A stretch of 64,000 nt of DNA from Terricaulis sp. (lineage in GTDB: Bacteria > Pseudomonadota > Alphaproteobacteria > Caulobacterales > Aquidulcibacteraceae). A model generated the notes under the pieces. It did no database searches, was not told the DNA's origin, and saw only the letters and a list, made by a program, of their open reading frames with translations. Position 1 is the first letter of the stretch. The number at the start of each line of letters is the position of its first letter. Positions 31,939-44,396 of this stretch are shown one piece after another. The stretch is taken from positions 235,379-299,378 of the forward strand of contig JBBCFZ010000009.1 of NCBI GenBank assembly GCA_037200505.1, written 5' to 3'. Position numbers and translations under genes: made by a program.

Positions 31939-32961
31939 ATGGTTTGGCCGCTCATCAAACTCGTGCCGCGCAAGTCGAGCTTCAAGTTCGTGCGCTTTGC
32001 GTTTTTCGCCTCGTTCGTTTCGATCGCCGCGGTGCTGGCGTCGTTCGGCTCGATGTTCACCGGCGGGATACCGGGAGAACCCGGTCGAGATCTATCAGCA
32101 GGCCGAAGGCTCGCCGCTGGATCGCATCGGCGTCATCCTCACGCACGGCTTCAATCTCGGCATCGACTTCAAGGGCGGCACGCTTCTGGAGCTGAAGGCG
32201 CCGGCGGCGATCGACATTGAAACGCTGCGCGAAACCTTGAACGCGCTCGATATGGGCGACATCCAGGTGCAGGGCTTCACCGATCCGACCAATGTCGCGG
32301 TGCGCTTCAACGTGGAGAACGAGGCGGGGCTCGAACGCGTGCGCGGCGCGGTGCAAGCGCTCGTGCCGGGCGTCGAGTTCACGCGGCAAGAAGCGGTGAG
32401 CGCGCAAGTCTCGGGCGAGCTTTTCTCATCGTCGCTGATCGCGCTTGGCCTCGCGATGCTGCTGGTGATGGTCTATATCTGCGGTGCGGTTTTGATTTGC
32501 AGTTCGGGTTCGGCGCGGTGCTGTCGCTGTTTCACGACGCGATCCTGACGCTCGGGATTTTCTCGTTCTTCCGCATCGATTTTACGCTGCCGGTGATCGC
32601 GGGTTTGCTCACGGTGATCGGCTATTCGATGAACGACACCGTCGTCGTGTTCGACCGGATGCGCGAAAACTTCCGCAAATTTAAGCAGATGAGCGCAAGC
32701 GACGTGATCGATCTTTCGATCAACGAAACGCTGTCGCGCACTCTGATGACGGTCGCGACGGCGCTCTTGGCGTCGGTGGCGCTCTTCATCTGGGGCGGGG
32801 AGGCGCTGCACTCGTTCGCGATCTGCATGATCTTCGGGATCATCATCGCGACCTATTCCTCGATCTATATCGCGGCCCCCGCGCTGCCGCTGATGGGCGA
32901 TCGCCCTGGCCGGCCCGCGCCAAAACACGGAATGATGGCGCGGAGCGGCAATCCGTCCTAA
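31939..32961 (+). CDS. secF: Protein translocase subunit SecF (frameshifted)
   Basis: NLGIDFKGG, IAGLLTVIGYSMNDTVVVFDRMREN, SINETLSRT, TYSSIYIA. Confidence 0.95.
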
Positions 32962-32989
32962 GAGACTCAGGAATTATCGGAGGGGTCTG

Positions 32990-33617
32990 ATGGTCGGATT
33001 TTTTGAGCAATATTCGCTACGTGGCCTGGACATCGGTCGCGCTCGCGGTCGCGTTCCTGATGCTGGTGGCGTTTCATTTCGCTTACGCGCCGATCGATAG
33101 CGCGGCGTTCTGGAATGCGGGCCTTCGCTGGGGCCACGTGCTTTCGGGCATCATGTGGATCGGCCTGCTCTATTATTTCAACTTCGTGCAGATCCCGAAC
33201 ATGCCGAAGATCCCGGAAGAGAACCGCGCGCCCGCGATTGGCAAGGTGATCGCGCCGGCGGCTCTGTTCTGGTTTCGCTGGGCGGCGCTCGCGACCGTGA
33301 TCACCGGCCTCTTGGTTGCGTACAATCAGGGCTATCTGCTGGCGGCGTTGACGCTTGGCGCGACCGAGGATTTTGCGGTCGGCAAGCATGTGTTCATCGG
33401 CATCGGCATGTGGCTGGCGCTGATCATGGCGTTCAATGTCTGGTTCATCATCTGGCCGAACCAGCAAAAGGCGCTGAACATCGGAAACAAATATCCAGAC
33501 CTCGCGGCCGATCTCAAAGCCAAAGCCGGCAAGACCGCGATGCTGTTCTCGCGCACCAACACATTGCTTTCAGCGCCCATGCTGGTGGCGATGACAGGCG
33601 CGCAAAACCTCTTCTGA
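32990..33617 (+). CDS. Urate hydroxylase PuuD-like membrane protein (N-terminal membrane domain only; start uncertain)
   Basis: RWGHVLSGIMWIGLLYYFNFVQ, FRWAAL.T..TG, IMAFNVWFIIWPNQQK, SRTNT..S.PM. Confidence 0.8.
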
Positions 33618-34450
33618 CCGACTTTTCCGATCTCGATGCGCTGGTCCGGCGCGTGGACGAAGACCGCTGGCTCGCCAGCCGCTTCGCACCCGCGCCGGCA
33701 CGTGCGCGTCTGGTTGCGCTTTATGCGCTGAATTATGAAATCGCGCGCACTGCGGAAGCTGTGACGCAAGGCGGGCTGGGCGATATTCGGCTCGCCTGGT
33801 GGTCCCAAGCGATCGATGAGATTTATGCGGGGAAGAAGCCGCGTGCTCATCCAGTGCTGACGGCGTTTGCGGAAGCTGTGCGCGACGCATCGCTGCCGCG
33901 CGCGCCGCTCGATGCGATGATCGCTGCGCGGGGCAAGGATCTCGATGCTGCGCCGTTCAGGACGTGGATTGATCTCAACGACTATCTGGAAGCGACGGCC
34001 GGCAACGTCATGCGCCTTGCGCTGACAGTTTGCGGCGCGGGCCTTGGGGAGAAAGCCGAACCGTTTGTCCGCGCCGCGAGCGTATCGTGGGGCTATGCGG
34101 GCCTTCTGCGCGCGGCGCCTTTCTGGGCGCAGCGCGGCCGAAATTTCTTTCCTTCTCGCGATATGGAGCACAGGTATCTCGATCCTGCGCTCATGCCTGT
34201 TGATTTCAGCGGAATGAGTGCTGGCGCCGTTTTCACCAATATGATGGAGCGCGGACGCCGAGCGCATGCGCAGGTCAGAGACCTTGGACGGCGCTTGCCT
34301 TCAGCGTTCTTTCCCGCCATCGGCTACCTCGCGCTGGCCCCACTATACTATCGCGCGCTCATGGCGGCGCAGGCGCCGGTCGCGGTCTCGTCCGCTCTGC
34401 TCAGGCGGCAATGGAGTTTGCTGACGGCATCCGCGACGGGAAAGCTCTGA
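33614..34450 (+). CDS. Squalene/phytoene synthase family protein (NDUFAF6-like; start uncertain)
   Basis: VRRVDEDRWLASRFAP, LYALNYEIAR, IRLAWW, HPVL. Confidence 0.8.
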   Translation: MTDFSDLDALVRRVDEDRWLASRFAPAPARARLVALYALNYEIARTAEAVTQGGLGDIRLAWWSQAIDEIYAGKKPRAHPVLTAFAEAVRDASLPRAPLDAMIAARGKDLDAAPFRTWIDLNDYLEATAGNVMRLALTVCGAGLGEKAEPFVRAASVSWGYAGLLRAAPFWAQRGRNFFPSRDMEHRYLDPALMPVDFSGMSAGAVFTNMMERGRRAHAQVRDLGRRLPSAFFPAIGYLALAPLYYRALMAAQAPVAVSSALLRRQWSLLTASATGKL

Positions 34451-34455
34451 TCTTC

Positions 34456-34521
34456 CCGTTCCCCGGACGCCGCAGGCGATCCGGGGGTCCATCCATGCTG
34501 CGCACGCTGGCTGGGGAGCGG
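34456..34521. repeat. Family B repeat, internally shortened copy
   Basis: CCGTTCCCCGGACGCCGCAGGCGATCCGGGG...GCACGCTGGCTGGGGAGCGG. Confidence 0.75.
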
Positions 34522-34528
34522 AGGGAAT

Positions 34529-34618
34529 ATGGACCGCCGGCGCCCTCGCCGGCAGCGCATGTTCGCGCGGGCTGCGCTTCGTCCTGAAATGCTTTGCCGG
34601 CGAGGGCGCCGGCGGTCC
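34529..34618. repeat. REP/REPIN-like inverted doublet, family C
   Basis: GGACCGCCGGCGCCCTCGCCGGCA ... TGCCGGCGAGGGCGCCGGCGGTCC; core arms identical to the 28896 copy. Confidence 0.88.
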
Positions 34619-34620
34619 TG

Positions 34621-36001
34621 TCAGGTTTCCGCCAACCACGCATCCACGTCGCGCAGCGCGCGTTCCGCCAACGCGCGTTTGCGCGCTTTGCTGCGGGCTT
34701 CGCCTTTGATGCGTTTGCCGTCCGCGTCGTGTGTTGGTTCTTCGACGGGCGGGAAGAGGCCAAAGTTTACGTTCATCGGTTGGAAGGAGGCCTTTGCCGC
34801 CAGGCATGTGCCCGCCCGTGACGTGCGCGAGGAGCGCGCCGAGCGCGCTGGTGGGTGGCGGCGCTGCTGGTTCGCGTCCAGCAGGCTTCAGCGGCGGCGA
34901 AACGTCCAGCGAGCAAGCCCATCGAGGTGCTTTCGACATAACCTTCAACGCCGGTGACTTGGCCCGCGAAGCGCACGCGCGGTTCGGCTTTCAAGCGGAG
35001 CGTGCCGTCGAGCAGCTTCGGCGAATTCAGGAATGTGTTGCGATGGACGCCGCCGAGACGCGCAAACACCGCGTTTTGCAAGCCAGGAATGGTGCGGAAG
35101 ATTTCGGTTTGCGCGCCGTGCTTCAGCTTGGTTTGGAAGCCGACGATGTTGAACAGCGTGCCGAGCTTGTTGTCTTGCCGCAGCTGCACGACAGCATAGG
35201 GCCGCCGCCCTACGCGCGGATCGCAAAAGGCCGACAGGCTTCATCGGGCCGAAGCGCAAGGTCTCCGGTCCGCGCTCGGCCATCACTTCGATGGGCAGGC
35301 AGCCTTCGAAATAGGGCGTCGATTTCTCCCACTCCTTGAACTCAGTTTTTCGCGCCGGCATTCAGCGCCGCGACGAAAGCTTCGTATTGCTCCTTGTCGA
35401 GCGGGCAATTCACATAAGCCGCGACATCGCCGCCGGGCCCTTCCTTGTCGTAACGCGATTGCTTCCACGCGATGGAAAAGTCGATCGAGTCGGCGTGAAC
35501 GATGGGCGCGATGGCGTCGAAGAAGGCGAGCGCGTCTTCTTCGGTGAGATTGCGGATGGAGTCGGCGAGCGCGGAAGACGTGAGCGGGCCGGTGGCGACG
35601 ATGAGCGGGCCGTCGATGCGGGCGATGTCTTTCACTTCCTCGCGCGCGATGTCGATCAGCGGATGCGCCTCGATCTTCGCGGTGACGGCCTCTGAAAACA
35701 CATCACGGTCCACCGCGAGCGCGGGCGCCGGCGGGCACTTGGGCTGCATCCGCGCACGCCATGATGAGCGAGCCCGCGCGCCGCAATTCCGCATGCAGCA
35801 GCCCGACGGCGTTGCCAGCCCAATCGTCGGCGCGGAAGGAATTGGAGCAGACGAGCTCGGCCAGCTTGTCGGTCTTGTGCGCCTCGGTCATGCGCACGGG
35901 GCGCATTTCGTGGATCGTCACGGGCACGCCCGCGTTCGCCCAACGCCCAAGCCGCCTCGCAGCCGGCAAGGGCCGCCGCCGATGATGTTTATTCTCTGCA
36001 T
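34621..36001 (-). CDS. trmFO: Methylenetetrahydrofolate--tRNA-(uracil-54)-methyltransferase (frameshifted)
   Basis: [60 protein letters not shown]. Confidence 0.95.
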
Positions 36002-36125
36002 GGGCGCTTTTTGCCTGCCGTGGGCGCGGAAAGCAAAGGGCCAAGCGCTGCCGTCGGCGGGATGATCGGAGGTTGAGCTTGAGGCGATCGGCGCTAGACT
36101 TCGCGAAAAAGCAGCGGGGGGGCCG

Positions 36126-37196
36126 ATGAAACGTCTTTGGATCGTCATGGCGGTTTGGGCGTGCGTGGGCGTGGCCGCGGCGCAGGCGCCCAATCCATCC
36201 GCGACAATTACCGGGCCTATCACGCGGCGTTTGAGGCGGGACGCTATGTGGAGGCCGAGGGCCCCCGGCTGTGGCGGCCATGGAGGCGGCTGAAGCCGCG
36301 GGCGACCGGCGCACCGGCGTGCTCGCGCTCAATCTGGCGCTGCTGCGGGCGCTGAAGCTTCAGGATTTGCGCGGCGCCCATGAGCCGGCGCGCCTCGCCC
36401 TGGAGCGGGGCGGGGACGGCGTCGATCCTGAACAGGTGCGACTGGTGATCGCGCTTTCCGAACTGCGCGGACGCGCTTCGGCCAGCGAGGAGATTTTGCG
36501 AACGGCGATCGCTCAGGGGCTCGCCGACCCCGAGGCGCCGACGGGCTTTCTGTTCGAGCTGTCGATGGCGTGGGGGCACCTATGCGGTCAGCGTCGCTTC
36601 GGGCGAAATCCGCCGAACGCGCGTTCACCTTGGCGGTTGCAGGCGAGCGAGCGCGATAGCAGCGATGTCGATAAGGCGGCGGCGCTGACGGATACGTGCT
36701 GCAGCAGGAATGGACGACGGCGGCGCTCACGCTCGATCAGGCGCTCGCCTTGCTCATCCCGTTTGTCGAAGTCAGCGACGGCGGCCCGCCCAATGTCGCC
36801 GACCGCGCCATGGGGCAGGCTTGGGCGTGGCGTTCGTTCATCGATCTCAATTCCGACGTTCCCTCCGTTACGTGTCCGATCAATTTGCAGCGCGGCCCGG
36901 CGATCTCGCCGCTGGTCCCGATGTGCGCGGGGCAGATGCACGTGCGGCCGATGCCGAACTATCCGCGCGACGCCAATGCGCTCGGCGAAGAGGGCGTCGT
37001 CGTGCTTTGGTACGACATCGCCGAGGACGGCTCGCTCAGCAATATCGAAGTGCTGGGGGCGATGCCTGCGGGCGGATTTCCACAAGCGGTCATGGCTGTC
37101 GCGGATCACTGGCGCTTTGTGTGGGCCAGCGACGCGGAAAACTGCCTGCGTCATCGTGAAGGGGCGATGACGCGCATCCAGTTTCAGGTCCGCTAA
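36126..37196 (+). CDS. Exported protein with C-terminal TonB-like domain (frameshifted)
   Basis: Signal-peptide-like start; PNYPRDA...[16 protein letters not shown]...IEVL...F.QAV..V..WRF. Confidence 0.7.
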
Positions 37197-37258
37197 TGCC
37201 GGCTCGCCATCGGCGCCCTTCTTCGGCATAAAGCCGCGAGGCGGCTGAGGAGAGCGGG

Positions 37259-38135
37259 ATGGCTGAGGGCAAGGTTCCGGTGCTGGAAAGCGTCGGCGGG
37301 GCGTTGCGGTTTGTGCGGGCGAATCTCTCGCTCGTGGTGATCCTGTCGCTGGTGAGCGCGGTGCTGACGACGGCGTTGGCGATGGGCTCGGCCATGACGG
37401 CGGCGACAGCGCCGGCGCTCGGGTTTGTGTTCTCGCTGCTGACGACGTTTGTAAGCGCGACGATTTTCGCGGGGTTGGTGAGCGCGGCTGTGAAGGGCGC
37501 GGCCGGTTTGGGCGCGCGTCTTACCGGCGATGCGCTGCGGCTTTGGACCGCGATGGCGATCCTGATTTTGTTTTTCACGATCGTGTTCGTTGTGCTGATC
37601 ATCCCGGCGGCATTCGTCATCGGGATGACGATGGGGCCGTATCTCAGCGATCTGCAGGCTGCCGGCTCGGACAACAACGCCGTCATGGCGGTGATGATGA
37701 ATTATATGCAGGCCAATCCGGGGCCGCTGCTGGCGGGTGGCTCTGGTCTATATTTTGATCTGGCTGTTTCTTAGTTCACGGCTCTTCCTCGCCGCGCCGG
37801 CGACGATCGACAACAACCGCATCCTCACATTCGAGACGTGGAAATGGACTAAGGGCAATATGCTGCGCATTGCGGGCGCGCGCGTGGTGCTGCTGTTGCC
37901 GGCCTACATCTTGGTGTTCGCGCTGACGGCGCTCGTGGGGCGCGGCATCGGCGTCAATGTGTTCGATCCGGCAAGCTCGGTGGCGTATGCGGAGGCAAGC
38001 CCGGCGATGTTTGCGCTCTTCAATGGCGTCAGCGTTTTCGTGAGCACCTTGCTCTATCGCGCGCTGGAGGCGGGGCTTTCGAGCTATCTCTATCAGGGCC
38101 TCAAGCCGCAAGGGAAAGCGGCGGACGTGTTCTGA
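37259..38135 (+). CDS. Hypothetical integral membrane protein (frameshifted)
   Basis: Two overlapping hydrophobic ORFs; SRLFLAAPATI...TWKWTKGN motif. Confidence 0.7.
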
Positions 38136-38180
38136 TCGCCCTGGCCAGACTCGTCTTCCTTCGCTAAACCCCCGCCGCCC

Positions 38181-39505
38181 ATGCCCGCGGCGCGCCCCTA
38201 CGCATTCGATCTCTTACGCCTCGCGGGGCCGGTGGCGCTCGCGCGCCTTGGCATTATCGGCATGGGGCTGACCGATATCATCATGGTGGGCCAGCTCGCG
38301 CCCGATGAGCTGCCGCACCAGGCGCTCGGCTGGGGGCCGACGGCGGTTTTTTTGGTCTCGGCGATCGGGCTTTTGACGGGCGTGCAGGTGCTGGCGGCGC
38401 GGTCGATCGGGGAGGGCAATCCGGCGGGCGCGGGGCTTGCGCTGCGGCGCGGTTGGTGATCGCCGCGGCGGCTGGGTTTTTATCGGCGGGCGCGATGTGG
38501 CTGGGCGGCGAGGCGCTTTTTACCAGCTTTGGCATCGACGCTTCGCTCGCCGCGCCTTCGGCGCGCGTGATGGCGGTGCTGGCGCTCTCGATCCCGCTGC
38601 ATCTGGCTTATGTGGCGGCGACGTTTTTTCTCGAGGCGATCAAGAAGCCCGGCATTTCGACGGTGGTGATGTGGATCGCGAACGCGGTGAACCTCGCGCT
38701 CAATTTCGCGTTCGTGCCCGAGCATGGTGCGGTGGGTTCGGCGTGGGCGACGGTGGGCGCGCGTTTCTTTCTGGCGGCGGTGACTCTGTTCTGCATTTGG
38801 CGGCTGCGTGACGCGGCGACGTTCGGTGTCGATCGCTTTGGCGGCAAGGGGCCGAACTATCGTGCATTGCTTGCGGTCGGGATCGCCGCGGCGGTGAGCC
38901 AAGCGGTGGAGGCGGGCGCGTTCACGGCGATGACGGTGATCGCGGGACGGCTCGGCGGCGCGGCGGTCGCGGCTTATCAGATTTTGCTCAATGTGATGTC
39001 GCTGGTGTTCATGGTGGCGCTGGGGCTTTCGACGGCGGCGGCAGTGCTGGTGGCGGAAGCGGTGGGACGCGGTGCGCCGCGCGATGCGGCGCGCGCGGGA
39101 TGGACGGCGCTTGCACTCACCATCGTGGCGATGGCGCTCTTTGCGCTCGCGGTGTTTCTGTTTCCGAACACGATCGGTCGGGTCTACACGGCCGACATTT
39201 CGCTTGCGGCGTTGACAGCGGCGAGTGTGTGGATCGTGGCGTTTGTGTTTTTGCCCGATGGCGCACAGGTGGTGGCGGCCTCCGCGCTGCGCGCGCGCGG
39301 GGACAATTGGTTTCCGACGTTTAGCCACATCTTGGCGTATGCGGTGGTGATGCCGCCGCTTGGGTATTTTCTCGCGGAATATAAGGGATTGGGCGTGGAT
39401 GGGCTGATCTTCGCGATCTTTGCCGCGAGCATTGTGTCTGCGCTGGTGCTGGTGGCGCGTTGGGCGGTGTTGAGCCGGGCGCCGTCGCCTAATGCTCGCC
39501 CTTGA
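38181..39505 (+). CDS. MATE family efflux transporter (frameshifted)
   Basis: LAGPVAL.RLG..GMG.TD.IMVG, multiple TM segments, PDGAQ...ASALRARGD; stop codon lies in the downstream repeat. Confidence 0.9.
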
Positions 39506-39640
39506 TGGGCGAGCTGTCGTCCGCCGAAGCTTTAGCGAAGGCGGATGACTGAGTGGGTGGTAGCGCGGCGCCTGCAAGATCGAGCCGCCACCCACTCCGG
39601 CCGGCTTCGCCGTCCACCTCGCCCATCAAGGGCGAGGATG
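39492..39640. repeat. Family A repeat, tandem copy 1 (with nested short palindrome)
   Basis: ATGCTCGCCCTTGATGGGCGAGCTGTC...CCACCTCGCCCATCAAGGGCGAGGATG. Confidence 0.9.
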
Positions 39641-39655
39641 AAGTGCGCGGGCCTC

Positions 39656-39799
39656 ATGCTCGCCCTTGATGGGCGAGCTGTCAGCGCGCGCGAGCGCGAT
39701 GACTGAGTGGGTGATAGCGCCGTGTTTGCAGGCTTGAGAGCCGCCACCCACTCCGTCTGCGGCTTCGCCGCAGCCACCTCGCCCATCGAGGGCGAGGAT
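39656..39799. repeat. Family A repeat, tandem copy 2
   Basis: Same termini as 39492-39640 and 59303-59472. Confidence 0.9.
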
Positions 39800-39809
39800 T
39801 AGTGCGGCG

Positions 39810-40697
39810 CTAGTAGCCCAAAATCCAACCTTCCTCGCGCTCGACCGCTTCGCGTTTCGGATCATCCTTCGCGGGGCCGAACAGCGGGGCGAGTTGGCTC
39901 TTTTCGTCTAGAGCGGCGAAGCGTTCAGCGAGTGCGCGGATTTGCACTTCGTCTTTGATCTCGCCGGGCTTGGGTTTGACGGCGGTGAGGCTCGGATAGA
40001 TTTCCGCGAACACGACATCGACGCCATCGACATCGGCGGGCGTGAGCGGGCGCCAGCCGGTTTCGAACGGCCAGATGCGCGCGCGATCGCCGCGCGCTTT
40101 CTTGAGACGGCTGACGATCGGCACGCCGGTGAGCGCCTGGCCGCCGACTGAGCCTTGGTAATAGAGCTTCCAGATCGAGGCGGCGCCTTTGGCGGCTTGA
40201 TCGGCGTAGCGAAATTCCGGGAGATCGCTTGGCCCGTGCTCGCGCGGACGTTTCGCCGAGAGCATGGTCTGCTCATCGCGCGCGGGCGCGCCCCAGAACG
40301 GAAACGCTTCGCCCGTCATCAGCCGGTTCATCTTGGCGCCGACTTGGAAGCGGTTGTTGGCGTTGGTGGGTTTGTCCTTCACCTCGGCGGTGATGAAATC
40401 CATCAAAGTGCGCCAAGGCGGTTCGCCGAGTTTCAGCGCCGCCGCCGTGCCACGCGGAAAGCCGATCGGAAAATCGAAACCGACGAGCGTGCGTTCGCCC
40501 TTGCGCTTTAAATCTTCCAGAATGCCATTGAGCAGATTTTCCGCTTCGGCGCGGGTCGCGGGATTGTGCGCTTCGTAAGCCAGCTGAAAACGCACATTGC
40601 GCTTTAAGACGCCGATCCAGATCGAATCGGCGCCGGTCGCGGGCTTTGCAGCCGCGCTCCAGTCCACCATCACATAGGCTTGAAACAGCCGGGCCAT
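39810..40697 (-). CDS. Conserved hypothetical protein (often labelled CbiG-like; RNase H-like/DUF429-type motifs)
   Basis: YVMVDWSAA, LVGFDFPIGFP, IWPFETG, AEIYPS, EEGWILG. Confidence 0.7.
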   Translation of the reverse strand: MARLFQAYVMVDWSAAAKPATGADSIWIGVLKRNVRFQLAYEAHNPATRAEAENLLNGILEDLKRKGERTLVGFDFPIGFPRGTAAALKLGEPPWRTLMDFITAEVKDKPTNANNRFQVGAKMNRLMTGEAFPFWGAPARDEQTMLSAKRPREHGPSDLPEFRYADQAAKGAASIWKLYYQGSVGGQALTGVPIVSRLKKARGDRARIWPFETGWRPLTPADVDGVDVVFAEIYPSLTAVKPKPGEIKDEVQIRALAERFAALDEKSQLAPLFGPAKDDPKREAVEREEGWILGY

Positions 40698-40709
40698 AAA
40701 CGTGCTTCT

Positions 40710-41713
40710 TTAGGTGAGTTTGACCAGCATCTTGCGGTATTGGCGCCGGAGAACAATTTGAGAAACGCCGCCGGCGCATTCTCGATGCCGTTTTCGACGG
40801 TTTCTTCCGACTGGATGCGGCCTTCCTTCACCCACTGGGTCATGTCCGTGCGGAATTGGTCGCGCATGTCGAAGAAGTCGAACACGATGAAGCCTTGCAG
40901 GCGCAGGCGCTTGCCCACGATGTATTGCATGTTGCGCGGGCCGGGCTTGGGCTCGGTGTTGTTGTAAACCGAAATCATGCCGCACTCGACGAAGCGCGCG
41001 AAGGGGCGCGCCACTTCCATCGCCACTTCAAGATGATCGCCGCCGACATTGTCGAAATAGATGTCGATGCCCTTGGGCGCGGCGGCGCGCACGGCTTCGA
41101 GCAGATTGCCGCAGGTCTTGTAGTTCACGGCTGCATCGACGCCGAGCGATTTGAGCCACGCGATCTTTTCGTCCGTGCCGGCGGATGCGACGACCGTGCA
41201 GTCTCTGATCTTGGCGATTTGGCAGAGCACCGATCCCACCGCGCCAGCCGCACCAGAAACGAACACGGTGTTGCCGGGCTTGGGTTCGCCCAGGCGATGA
41301 AAGCCGCCATAGGCGGTGAGGCCCGGCATGCCGAGCACGCCGAGATAAAGTTCTGGCGCGATATCCTCGGCGGGGAGTTTTTGCAGATTGCCCGCGCCGG
41401 CGACGTAAAGGTCGCGCCAGCCAAACATGGACTCGACGAGGTCGCCCGGTTCGAGCGATGGATCGTTCGAGATTTCGACGCGGCCGATGGCGCCGCCCTG
41501 CAGCGCCTGGCCGAGTTCGAACGGCGGCACATAGCTCGGTGTGTCGTACATCCGGCCCCGCATATAGGGGTCGACCGACATCCAAAGATTGCGCACCAGC
41601 GCCTCGCCCTCGCCAGGGTCGCGGAGCTCTGTCTCGACCAGATCGAAATTGTCCGCCTGCGGCAAACCGACAGGCCGGCTTTTGAGCCGGATTTCCCGCG
41701 CGCGCGTTCCCAT
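40710..41713 (-). CDS. NADP-dependent oxidoreductase, MDR CurA/YncB family (3' frameshift)
   Basis: SVDPYMRGRM, LGVLGMPGLTAY, VSGAAGAVGS, GIDIYFDNVGG, CGMISVYN. Confidence 0.93.
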
Positions 41714-41857
41714 GGCCGGCCTCCCTGACATGCTGTTAGACGCATGTTTTTATCGCCGCCTAGCCTTAGGCCAGAGCGGAGCGGGGGGGAAACCGGTGTT
41801 TGGCGCGCGAAGGCGTCGCCGCCGCGCCAGGACGCGCGACGGCGACGGTTCCGCGGG

Positions 41858-42190
41858 TTAGCGGGAGGCGAGTGTCGTTGCGGTACGGCCCGAACGCACG
41901 GCCGCGTGGAAGCGCGTCAACGGCTCCACAGTGCTGGTCGCCAAGGCCTGGTCGACCAGGGCGATCCGGCATTGTCGCCGCGACCTGTAGGCCGGGTGAT
42001 CGCCCTGCATGATCTCGGCGCAAACGGAAGCTGCGGCTTCGTTCACACGCTGGTAGAGACTTAAGATTGCTTCAGGAGATTCGAGATCGGCCGACGTGAC
42101 CGGTACGCGGACCTCCGTGGGGTTGGCTGAAGCCGGAGCGGCGACGGCGAGGATGCCGAGGCCGATGAGTGCTGCTATTGAACGTCGCAT
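41858..42190 (-). CDS. UrcA family periplasmic protein
   Basis: Signal peptide; V.V...DL.S.E....LYQRV..AA..VC...C...VDQA pattern; AGGAG RBS. Confidence 0.8.
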   Translation of the reverse strand: MRRSIAALIGLGILAVAAPASANPTEVRVPVTSADLESPEAILSLYQRVNEAAASVCAEIMQGDHPAYRSRRQCRIALVDQALATSTVEPLTRFHAAVRSGRTATTLASR

Positions 42191-42384
42191 TAGAGTGCTC
42201 CTTGGTTGGAGCCCTAAGCGCGCGTCGCCTCCGTTGCTTATGGCGCGAGTAAGAGGGAGTCGTTCGGACGTGTCCATCGCAAGCGTGCGACGATCGAATG
42301 AATACGGTGTAACGCCGTTATCTGCGCGTTCGCGCGGCGCGGCGCCTACGCAATTGCACGCACGCGACTTACACGCGTTCGTGA

Positions 42385-43745
<1,361 letters not shown>

Positions 43746-43826
43746 GCACATGCGTCGCATCCATGACAGCGCGTTAATGGCGTGCGAGCGTCATCCTCGA
43801 TGGGTGAGCCATCTTGGAGAGTTTTT

Positions 43827-44207
43827 ATGAGAGCGTTGGTTGTGGCTGTTTCGATGTTGCTGCTGCAAGGCTGCGCGACACTCTCTCCCGTAGCGCTTGG
43901 CGCCGGCGACTGGGTGCTCGCGAAATGGCAACCGGAAGATCCGTACTACTATCCCGCCGTGGTTGCGTCGCGCACCGGCAATGACCTCACCGTTCAGTAC
44001 GACGATGGCGATTCGAGCGTGCAGAGCGTCACCAATGTGCGCCGCTTCGATTGGCGCGCGGGCACGCATTTGGAGTGCAGGTTCACGGATGGAAATTTCT
44101 ATCCGGCGGTGATCACCGAAATGGGCGCTAACCGCGTCGATATGCAGATCCGCTATGAAGACGCTTCTCGCGAAGCGACCGATTCCAGCAAGTGCCGCGA
44201 CCGTTAA
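43827..44207 (+). CDS. Lipoprotein with two Tudor/Agenet-like repeats
   Basis: Lipobox LQGC; repeats GDWVLAKW..DPYYYPAVV...VQYDDG and AGTHLECRF.DGNFYPAVI...IRYED. Confidence 0.7.
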   Translation: MRALVVAVSMLLLQGCATLSPVALGAGDWVLAKWQPEDPYYYPAVVASRTGNDLTVQYDDGDSSVQSVTNVRRFDWRAGTHLECRFTDGNFYPAVITEMGANRVDMQIRYEDASREATDSSKCRDR

Positions 44208-44312
44208 GCGTTTGAACGCGCGCCCGGCGCCGCGCGCGCTGGGCGATGCGCGTTCGTTTTGAAGGCGCTAATGTGGCGACGAAGTTCCGCGACTTTTCCG
44301 CGCGCGAATTTC

Positions 44313-44337
44313 GGAACGATTTCTCCAAAGGCCGGTT
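44313..44337 (+). promoter_or_regulatory. Candidate sigma-EcfG/SigT-type promoter
   Basis: GGAAC-N16-GGTT about 60 nt upstream of the UrcA-family gene (consensus GGAAC-N16/17-CGTT). Confidence 0.4.
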
Positions 44338-44396
44338 CAAAAATGTGTGCGAGCGCGTGGGCGTTTCGCGCGCTTTTGTTCTCAATGGAGGAACCC

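Noticed and set aside
39492-39799. Possible CRISPR array (tandem repeats)
   Set aside because: Only two ~145-nt palindromic units, no repeat-spacer periodicity, no cas genes, and the same element is dispersed elsewhere
44250-44280. UzcR-type (CATTAC-N-TTAA) site upstream of the UrcA gene
   Set aside because: The best match has several mismatches and cannot be supported
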